64,000 nt of DNA. Source: Octopus vulgaris. Its lineage: Eukaryota. Each line of letters starts with the position of its first letter. The first letter of the stretch is position 1. The stretch covers positions 77,438,001 through 77,502,000 of the forward strand of contig OX597815.1 in assembly GCA_951406725.2 (NCBI GenBank). The letters are read 5' to 3'. The notes under the pieces were generated by a model. That model saw nothing but the letters and a program-made list of their open reading frames with translations. It had not been told where the DNA came from and searched no databases. A program made the position numbers and the translations under genes. Shown in pieces: positions 53,929 through 64,000 of the stretch.

Positions 53929-54115
53929 TAATAATAACATCATCGAAAAATACGTTAGGAATGAGAACCCAGGTTTGAAATTTCCCTGAGACACTTGATG
54001 AAGGCTGGAGGGAATATCAGCCAAAACTTTGTGTTAACAACAAACAGGATGAGGACAAATATCTGTCAATTGTAAATAATGTACATAATTCCTCATCTCT
54101 TAAATACAGAACTGT
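53514..54115 (+). mobile_element. tRNA-headed element with (TAA)n linker and hammerhead-like tail
   Basis: A-box TGGTGTAGTGG (53521), anticodon-like GGG-CTACTAA-CCC, B-box GTTCAATTCC (53566). Tail ACAC-TTGATGA-AGGCTG..CAGCC-AAAA-CTTT-GTGT. Splits a family E SINE. Confidence 0.7.
53648..53886 (+). mobile_element. 5'-truncated R4/Dong-type LINE 3' end in (TAA)n
   Basis: Intact frame GMIKKYSDKYITKTPGLTNTYNIQKIALLGTAHILRRTLSIQ* followed by a 3' UTR; (TAA)n on both sides. Confidence 0.8.
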
Positions 54116-55552
54116 ATTACCAAAACAAAGATTGCTGCACAATGCAGTCTTTGAACCCAGTGGATTTTGTCAAACCATCATTCCCATGCAAGATTGAAGA
54201 TAGACATTAAATGATGATGATGATGATGATCTGTTACTGTTTAATGCGAACTGACAGGGCTTATTTCCTTAAAGCTACATTCAATGGATCAGCAAAATGA
54301 TGGACATTCATTGAAGAAAAGTAGAAGTGGAATAATCTCTTCTCCTACTCTTTTGAATAATGTTTTGTTAATGAGAGCTTTTTATTTATTTATTTATTTA
54401 TTCTGTTCTCTCTCTCTCTCTCTCTCTCTTTCTCTTTCCCTCTCTCTCCTATTCCTTTCCTCAGTCTACGTTATTGTTTACAAGGCGTCCTGTCTCCTGT
54501 GTGGGCACCACAATGCAAAGACCTCCTCCCCTATACTCCCTCTGAGTGGTAAGCAAGACAACCTCTCTAATGTAGAGGCACATGGCTTAGTGGTTAGGGT
54601 GTCACAATTGTAGGATTGTGGTTTTGATTCCTGGACCAGGCAATGCATTGTGTTCTTGAGCAAAACACTTCATTTTACATTGCTCCAGTCCACTCAACTG
54701 GTAAAAGTGAGTAATCCTCTGATGGACTGGCGTCCCATCCAGGTGGTAAATTTATATGTCATCAAAATCAGGAAACCGGTCCTTATGAGTGGTTATGACT
54801 TGAGAAGGTAGCTTTACCATTTACCATTTTTTTTACAATTTCCCTAGTGCTGGTGCCATGAAAGATGTAAAGTGGATGGCAAATGAGCAGAGAAAACATT
54901 GGGTTCTGCAGTTCTTTTATTCAACCTGTGATTAGTTTTCTCTTGCTGAAGACTGATCAACCTCTCCACTGCTAGTGTCACTAAGAAAGATGCTCTTAGT
55001 ATACTTTGTAAAGTGGATGGCAATAAGAAGGGTACCAAGTCTTAGAAAGCAAGTAAAATGTGTTGGATGGGTTACTATATACAAGGAATTCTGACACCTG
55101 TCCCAGGTGCCACTTTGAAAAGCTCCTTTACCTTGTACTCCCTTTGAGTAGTGGATGAGACAACCTCTCTTGAGCTGGTACCATAGGAAATACACCAAAC
55201 ATGCTATAAAAATGCAGGCATTAAAGAAATGATAATGATTATGGTGGTGATGGTGGTGGTAGATTTCTTATTTTCATTTTATCTCATTTTAGAACATTTG
55301 TTAGAAAATTTGATAATTAGTAACTCCATTATTTTTTTTTTTTGTTTTAAAGTTTTGTTTAATTCTTTCTTGACAAAATTTCTGAAGAAATCTATGTACA
55401 TAGACACAGTGCAAGTATAGTTGTGTGGTAAAAAGTTTAATTTCCAACCACAGTTTTGTGTTCAGTCCTACTGCAAGACACTTTCCACTATAGTCCCAGG
55501 CCAACCAAATCCTTGTGAGTGGATTTTGTCAACAGAAATCGAAAGAAGCCCA

Positions 55553-55597
<45 letters not shown>

Positions 55598-56581
55598 ATA
55601 TGCACATGTGTGTATGTCTTTAAGTTTGTGTTAGTCCCCTACCACTACTTGACAAATGGTGTTAGTTTGTTTATGTCCCCATAACTTAGCATTTTGGCAA
55701 AAAGAGATTAATAAAATAAGTACCAGCCTACCAAGCTTTAAAAATTAGTACTGGGTTGATTCGTTCAACTAAACTCTTCAAGGCTGTACCCCCAGCATGA
55801 CTGCAGTCCAATGACTGAAAATAAGTAAAGGATACAAAGATATTCTCTGTCAATGATTCATTAAATTTGAAGAAAAAAACATTAAGAATTTGAAAGATTT
55901 TTGTAAATGACTTTTTCATTATTTGGTTTTACTAAGGTAATATAGAACATACTCACCCAATGTGTTGTGCAGTGAGACTGGCTATCAAGCAAGAGAACTT
56001 CCATCAAAATTCCATGATAATCTATTTTCCAAACACCAGCTTAACAAAGTTATGTTAATAAATTCTTCATTATTTTCGAAATTAATTGAAACTAAGGTAG
56101 TATATTTCAACAGAAATATAATAACAAGAAGGTACGCTTTTGATACCAAACTGTCTGGTTCTTTAATATAAAATTGCCTGAAGGGCACAGTGTTCTGATA
56201 ACTAACAACTGATGAAGGTAGTTTATTCCATACCACAACCATTCTGAGCAGGAAAAAATGTTTTCAAAAGTTAAGGGTATTGTGCTGTTTTTATTATTTT
56301 TTAAAATTTTATAAGCATGTCTATCAGTGGCAGAGATTTTGAATTCTATAAGGTGGCTAAGTATGTAGTTAGAAAGATAGTAGATGATCTTGCCGGCTTC
56401 TACCAAGTCGACTTCTAGATGTTGACATTTTCAAGTGAAACTTTAGGATACCTATAGCAAAATAAGCTGAAAGCACAGTAGCAGACGAATACAAGTTTGA
56501 AGACACAAACAAAATAAAACTGAAGCTAATTAACATAGACATGTCTATTGGTTGAAAACATATTAACATTTCGCTCCTTTT

Positions 56582-56839
56582 TTAAACCCTTTTGTTACAT
56601 ATTTCTTCTAAAATATATGACTTCGTTTCATTAACTTTGAAAATGAAGAATTTTACTTAAATAGCTGTCATTGATAAGCTGCTATTTAGAATTTTGTTAA
56701 TTAACTATCATTGTTAAACTTGTGTTTGAAACATAAATTAACACGAAGTTTTGATAGGAGATTTATATTTAGATCACTTTAATGCAGTAAAGTTGTATAA
56801 TAGTGGTGATCTTGGGTGGGTTGGTATCAAAAGGGTTAA
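56582..56839. mobile_element. piggyBac-type MITE (family G)
   Basis: TTAA..CCCTTTTGTTAC ... GTATCAAAAGGG-TTAA. Relatives at ~19852-20000 and 56030-56150. Confidence 0.7.
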
Positions 56840-57429
56840 AATCCATTAGACATTATTGCATTAATCAAAAATTAAAAAAATAATAATAAGATAAAGAAAA
56901 AAATAAAAGCAAAAGAAAACAAATGCCTGATATAATTGTTTATCAAATCAGAAACAATTGTTATCTTAAGTGATTCTATATGCTTCCCTATACATATTGG
57001 AATAAATGGTTATTATCAAGAGTATTTCTATTACTAAACAATATTTTTATGATAGTTATTGATTTAGATACATAATTTACATTAAAAATACATAACATAT
57101 TATTCTCTGTTTACACATGTAGACATATATATATGTGAAAAGAATGTTAAATCAATGATTAAGAGAACAAAAAAAAATACAGACATAATCTACTAATTAA
57201 AAAAGAGAAAGAAAATAAGCAGCAAGTTAAATGAAACTTGCAGCCCTTATATTTCAGCCAGACACTGCAAAAACATGGCTAAGTAGCTAAAATATCCACT
57301 TCCCAACTATGTGGTTTCACATTCAGTCCCACTGCATGGCACCTTGAGTAAGTATCTTCTAAAACCCTTGGCTAGCCACAAAGTGGATTTGGTAGTTTAG
57401 TATACTGAAACTGAAAGAAACCTGCTATT

Positions 57430-57463
<34 letters not shown>

Positions 57464-58096
57464 TGTATGTATGTATGTATGTATGTATGTATGTATGTAT
57501 GTATGTATGTTTGTGTATAATTTTAATAGAAGATGGAATGAATAGGCATCATTACAAATCATTACAATTGTTTTAGTGCATCATTATCAGCTGACAATTG
57601 ATGAATGTTACATATATTACACACAGTAGTGCATTAATATGATCCAATAATAGCTATACATGCACATCTTCAGGTGAGTAGGGTCCAAAGCACTGCTAGA
57701 TCAACTTTAGTTTCTCTTTCTTTTATACTCACACCATTATGTTATTTCTAGCATTCCATTGACAAAGAATAACACAGAAAAACAATGAGATACAAATGGG
57801 AAAAAAATACCAAAAATAAATTAATGGAAATAAAAACAAAATACAAGAAGCCCAGTATTCAAATCATCCTTAACCACAGACTTGTCTCAACTTTTAGGAA
57901 AATAAAGGAACACTCTTAAAGCAATAATGTCATAAAATGATCAACTTGAATCATTACTAGTCTCTTGTGTGTTACCATTTCACTTCTAAGGAAATCAGAG
58001 GCACATGGTCACTTCCTTAGCATGGCAGGAGACCAAAACCTGTCAGCTTACAGGCTTAATTTTGACTGTTAATTTTTACTATTGCAGTCTTTTATA

Positions 58097-58662
58097 TTGG
58101 GTTGTCCAGAAAGTTCATGCCGATTTTTAAAGGAAAGAAAAAGGTCAATCAATACTTGCCATTACATTTTTAATCAACCAAATATTAACCATTTTCTTGC
58201 ACAATGAATCTCCATTTTTCCTTTAACTTGAAAATACTCTCTTCCCAGAATTGAGGTGGTTTCAAGGCAAAGAATTCATCAAGATATCTTTTTACATCAT
58301 CCAAGGAATTGAAATTTTTACCCTTAAGACTATTCTGCAGAGACCTGAATAAGTGGAAATCCGAAGGAACAATATCTAGTGAATATGGAGGGTGTGGTAA
58401 CACATCACAGCCAAGCTACAGCAATTTTTGTCTGGCTCCCAAAGCATCAATTGCCGAAAATGAACTTTCTTATCTTCCATTTTAAAGGGTTACAGAATTA
58501 ACACAGGTTATAGGAACATAAACCTTCTTCCATGAAAAGATATCTTAAACTGTACTCTAAATGGAGGTGTAGTCAAACCCTATTTTATGGACTCAACCAT
58601 GTTCTAAAATAAGTCAAAAGGTAAGCTACTATAAATCGGCATGAACTTTCCAGACAACTCAA
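58097..58662 (-). mobile_element. Internally deleted mariner element
   Basis: TA|TTGGGTTGTCCAGAAAGTTCATGCCGATTT ... AAATCGGCATGAACTTTCCAGACAACTCAA|TA. ORF 58185-58403 reads LPHPPYSLDIVPSDFHLFRSLQNSL. Confidence 0.92.
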
Positions 58663-58712
58663 TACAAGCATGCATACATACATACATACATACATACATA
58701 CATACATACATA

Positions 58713-58929
58713 CAACAGGGTGCTGAAAAGTTTCTGGCTTTAAGGGTATCATGAAAGGCCTGGTTGGAGGCCCAGCCTTAGAAGTTCTTTTACAGGGCTT
58801 AGAAAAACTGAAGGACTGTTGCAATAAGTGTGTGAATCTGAGAGGGAAATATATTGAATAAAATCATAATTAACTGATCCTCCTGTATTTTCTTTTTCCC
58901 AAAGCCAGGAACTTTACAGCATTCCCTTG
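58713..58929 (+). mobile_element. mariner-derived MITE with transposase C-terminal trace
   Basis: GGGTGCTGAAAAGTTTCTGGCTTT ... AAAGCCAGGAACTTTACAGCATTCC; interior QGLEKLKDCCNKCVNLRGKYIE*. Confidence 0.8.
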
Positions 58930-59507
58930 TACACACATACATACATACATTTAGCACTAATCTACATATTTATATACGTATATATCTAAACACAAACTCA
59001 CATTTTTCACTTTCATGAATGTGTATCTTTTCAATCTCCTTTACTTATAAGACTCCAAATTTGTACAAATATAAATACTTTTTCCTTATTTACATCCATT
59101 CATTTAGAATTTGAGTTTATACTAAAAAGAGAAATATAATGCTATGGGGTAATCTTATTAGGTTTGTTTGTTCCAACCTACTTAGTTCCAAGTGAAACAA
59201 CTATAGGATAGATGTATTTAGCATGATGTACTAATATATGGGTACATGCATAAACAAGTTATAGAATGAATAGTGCATGTATTTCCATAATAGCATTATT
59301 ATATGTGAATGGACATATGATATATAGCCTGTTCATTCCATTTTCTCATATGAAAATTCTTTTGTATATAATCTATGGATACTCATAGATTTCCTCATGG
59401 ATATCAAATAAAGGGGAAGCCTTACTGTATAAGAGCATCTGGTAGCTAACCTAACATCTGAAAAGGAGCTTTGGAAAGCATGGTATAAGGTTATTACCCA
59501 GATAATA

Positions 59508-59543
<36 letters not shown>

Positions 59544-60844
59544 TGTAAAGTAGTTTACATTAGGAAGGGCATCCAACCATAAGAACCATGCCAAAACAGG
59601 TATTGAAGCTCTATGCAGTCCTCTGGCTTATTGGATCCTGTCAAACCCTCCAACCCATGCCAGTATGGAAGATGAACAGTAAATGCTGCTGCTGCTGCTG
59701 ATGATGATGATTATGGTGGCAGCAGCAGCAGCTGGTCTGTGTGTGTGCGCTTGTGTGAAATTATTTGTATTTCCTTTGTGTTTGTTGGTTCATTGACAAT
59801 GGCTTCTTGACAGTGATGGTCACTTATAGTCCACCAGGAGAGCATGATTAGACATCTCGACATACCTTTATATGTTGCACTATTGTTGTAAACAAAAGGC
59901 CCATTTCTATGGCGTCATTTTTTTCCAGTTCTTTATATAAAACATGTCTGGGCTGTTTGCTGTTTAAGACACTGGAAATTATTACCTTGCATGGAAACAA
60001 GTAGTGGGTGTTAAAAGGAAGGCATCTTGTCCCAACATATTTTCATGTGGCCTATGCAAGCATGGAAAAGTAGATATTAAAATGATAATCACGAGGGTGA
60101 TGATTGTGATGATGATGATGATGATGATGACAACGAATATGATGATGACTGCAATGATGATGACAATGACAATGATTATCTTTCAACTTATGAAAAACCA
60201 TAATGGAAACTGTGTTCTTTTTACTTGTCCCAGTCATTTGACTGTGGCCATGCTGGAGCACTGCCTTTAGTCGAACAAATCGAACCCAGGACTTATTCTT
60301 TGTAAGCCTAGTACTTATTCTATTTGTGTCTTCTGCTGAACCACTATGTTATGGGGACGTAGACACACCAACATTGGCTGCCAAGCAATGGTGGGGGACA
60401 AACACACACACACACTCACACACAGATATATGCAGATATATATATGATGGGCTATGATGGGCTTCATATATATATATATAATGGGCTTCTTTCAGTTTCC
60501 ATCTACCAAATCCACTCTCAAGGCTTTGGTCGGCCTGAGGCTATAGTAGAAGACACTTGCCCAAGATGCCATGCAGTGGGACTGAACCCGTAACAATGTG
60601 GTTGGGAAGCAAACTTTTTACCACACATACGTTCTTGCACCTATAGTTTCTTACCACATAGCCATTCCTGCACCTACTGTTGTCTACTTTTAAATATTTA
60701 CATTTTTAGTGTTCAGACATCATTCCCAAGTATTAGTTTAAATGCTTGTCCTTTTTTTTTCTGAATACATTACCTACACACATGCACACACACATAGCTA
60801 TGTATATTTATGTATATATATATATAAATGTGTGTGTGGATGAG

Positions 60845-60901
<57 letters not shown>

Positions 60902-61071
60902 ATACGTGTATGTACGTGCATAAATCAGGATTAGTAGCAGGAAGGGTATCTGGCTATGAAAAAATACCTCAACGTTATGTATTTGCCTTACCCATACTAG
61001 CATAGAAAAATAGACATTAACAATGAACAAGCAAAATTCAGTCAGTTACTTATTTACGTAAATAAATAAGT

Positions 61072-61288
61072 ATTTCTTTATACTATAGGCACAAGATCTG
61101 AAATTTTGGGGGTGGGGGATAGTTGATTACATTGACCCCAGTGTTCAGCTGGTACCTATTTCATTGAGTCTGAAAGGATGAAAGGCAAAGTAAACCTCAG
61201 TAGAATTTGAACTCAGAACATAAAGACATACAAAATACTGCTAAGCATTTTGCCTAGTGTGCTAATGATTCTGCCAGCTCGCCACCTT
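61072..61288 (-). mobile_element. tRNA-derived SINE (family A)
   Basis: Full-length reverse copy ending CTGCCAGCTCGCCACC. Confidence 0.82.
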
Positions 61289-61294
61289 CATAAT

Positions 61295-61785
61295 CATCAT
61301 CATCATCATCGTTTAATTGGGTCGGACAATTTGACTGAGGTCTGGCAAACCAGATGGCTGCACCAGACTCCAATATGATCTGGCAGAGTTTCTACAGCTG
61401 GATGCCCTTCCTAATGTCAACCATTCCAAGAGTGTAGTGGGTGCTTTTACGTGCCACTGGCACAAGGGCCAGTCAGGTGGTACTGGCAACAGCCACACTC
61501 AAATGGTGCTTTTTATGTGCCACCTGCACAGGAGCTAGTCCAGAGGCACTGGCAATGACCTCGCTCAAATGTTTTTTCATGTGCCATCAGCACGAGTGCC
61601 AGTAAGGTGACGCAGGTAATGATCACACTCAAATGGTGCTTTTTACATGCCACCTTCATGGAGGCCAGTTTGTTGCTCGTATAGTACCCTTAGCACTCCA
61701 CTTGCATAGATGTCAGTCATCAAATTTGATTTCGATTTCAATTTCACTTACCTCAACATGTCTTTGCAAGCAGAGTTTAGTACAA
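61295..61785 (-). mobile_element. Family E long element, reverse copy
   Basis: Reverse complement of ~780-1275. Confidence 0.78.
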
Positions 61786-61844
61786 TTACAACATAGAAAA
61801 CTATTTTACTACTCAAAAACACAAAAAAATCCTGTTAATTTCAC

Positions 61845-62055
61845 TTAATCCTTTAGCATTCATATTATTCTGTCAAAGGTAATGCTTACTTATTCCCATT
61901 GTCTTGAATTAATCATGCATTATCTTGTAGCTAAGACATTTTGATGAGGTAACTGTTAATTTTTTTAGAACGATATTATAGACTTGGTCAGTTTGGACAT
62001 AAAGCAGGTAGAATATTTTGGCCAGATATGGCTGGTTTAATTGCTAAAGGGTTAA
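61845..62055. mobile_element. piggyBac-type MITE (family F)
   Basis: TTAA-TCCTTTAGCATT ... TGCTAAAGGG-TTAA. Confidence 0.78.
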
Positions 62056-63023
62056 ACGCTTATTATTTAGTGTCAAAATTTTCAAAGCATCCACTGTAAC
62101 CTGGTCACTGACCCATTTCCACTGGAGTGGAGCTCAATGACCAGATTGCAATCGATACAATGAAAATTTTAACATCAAATAATAAACATTCAAGTGAAAC
62201 TAAAATGCATGTTTTTGAATGGTTAATTTGTGCCATCCATACCACAGTTGTTTTAGTTTCAACATCTAGTCTCAGATCAAATTACTTGTGAAGCAATTAC
62301 ACCTCAGTAATAAATATTGATTCAGCACATAAAAACGATATTTCTGGAAGCTGTGGCAATGAGTTTGTTATTGGCAAATAAACAGATAACCAGATTGATA
62401 GACAAAGAGCATGTGAGAGAGTTAAATGATCATGGAAAGAAAAAAATGTGTGTGTGTGAGCACAAGCATATATGTTTGTGTGAGTGGGGAGCTTCTTATT
62501 TAAAATGGTTGAAATTCTCAAAATTTAAAATGTTACCATGAGGAAGATTAATCAGTAAAGATTAATCAGAACATTTAATCCATGCAGGTGGGAGGACTGC
62601 CAGCAGGATTAATTTATGCATGTAGATTTGTCTCCTATTCTGTACTTTTATGATGATGATGATGATGATGAAGAGATTATAGCAGTTTGATGATAGTGGT
62701 GTTGGAGATGGTGGCACTGCTTATAACGGCAACAGTGGATGTATTAGTGGTGATTATATAGTATTGAGGGTTATAATGGTGATGGTGGCAGTGCTGCTGC
62801 TGCTGATAATGGTGGTGATGGTGGTTAGTGGTGGTGGTGGTGATAAGGTGGTGGTGATAAGGATGATGATGATGATGATGATGATGAGAAGGAGGATATC
62901 TCATTAGACCTAATGCACCACAGCACTATGTTGAAAGTGAGTCACATGATATTTTGGGACAATTTAAGATTTAACATTCTTTTTATCCAACACATCTCAG
63001 CTAATTCCCCTTAAAAGGGCTCA

Positions 63024-63065
<42 letters not shown>

Positions 63066-63097
63066 TCTTTCCCTCTCCCTATCTTTCTATCTCTATC

Positions 63098-63180
<83 letters not shown>

Positions 63181-63434
63181 CAATCCCTATCGCTATTCCC
63201 ATTATGCTAAATGTGACTGTGATCGGGTTTCTCAAATGGGAGACATCAGTTAATAACTGGAGATGTTGAAAAAATTCAATTAACAGAAGGAATTATGCAA
63301 TTTATAGAAAATAATTCCCTCTAGATGGTGTTTAAAAGCCCAAAATCTAAAAGGAAAATAAAAACAAGCAACAGATATAATTTTAATAAAATCAATTAGC
63401 TAAAGTTAATTAGATCATCATCATCATCATCATC

Positions 63435-63495
<61 letters not shown>

Positions 63496-63710
63496 GGGCA
63501 CCAAGCTGGCAAAATCGTTAGCACACCAGCTGAAATGCTTGGTGGTACTTTCGAGCAGCTATACATTCTGAGTTCGAATTCTGCTGGGGTCAACTTTACC
63601 TTTCATCCTTTCGGGGTCAATAAAATAAGTACCAGTTGTGTACTGGAGTTAATGTAGTCAACTATCTGCTCCCCTAAATATCAGGCCTTGTGCCTCTAGT
63701 ACAAAGGATT
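63496..63710 (+). mobile_element. tRNA-derived SINE (family A)
   Basis: GAGTTCGAATTC B-box and CCTTTCATCCTTTCGGGGTCAATAAAATAAGTACCAG body. Confidence 0.82.
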
Positions 63711-64000
63711 ATTATTATTATTATTTTGAAAATATATGAAGTGATGTATTGGTGTGGACCTAGTCTTTAAACCAACTGGTGAAGATAATGGACATATTCC
63801 AGCTTTATTAGATCTCTTCAGCAAAGTATGTTCAACATCCTATTAGAATTATATCTTTATATTTGTTGTTCTCAGATTTTAAACACTCTCTAAAGGAAAT
63901 TTTTGACTTCTAGTTGTATAGAAAATCTCAGTTAATCTAAGTTTTTTCAGCTCACTATATCACAGATGTGACACACTTTCGTATTTATAACCATGGGTAA

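Noticed and set aside
57671-57679. Perfect donor CAG|GTGAGT downstream of the C2A exon
   Set aside because: The upstream sequence has stops and no C2B motifs; a chance match is plausible in 64 kb.

Overview
AT-rich, CpG-depleted, microsatellite- and repeat-dense eukaryotic DNA. The repeat families match my recollection of coleoid cephalopod (Octopus-type) genomes; this is inference, as no search was run. Only one host protein-coding exon is supportable: an 833-nt + strand exon (37701-38533) of a synaptotagmin-4/11-class gene. It encodes the TM helix, linker and whole C2A domain, with the diagnostic Asp-to-Ser change. I could not find the upstream start exon or the C2B exons, so most of the window is probably large intron or flank. 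The rest is mobile DNA: several tRNA-derived SINE families, Tc1/mariner fragments and MITEs, TTAA-flanked piggyBac-type MITEs, three young non-autonomous Helitrons (two joined head-to-tail), R4/Dong-type RLE LINE ends, RTE remnants and Penelope-like remnants. The most notable observations are: (1) a tRNA-headed element with degenerate hammerhead-ribozyme motifs, part of a triple-nested insertion; (2) several Penelope-type minimal hammerhead cores, two of them in an inverted pair; (3) a near-perfect ~150-bp-arm hairpin in the presumed Syt intron; (4) elements inserted in (TAA)n runs. Most ORF-track entries are microsatellite artefacts. I found no new multi-gene protein system.
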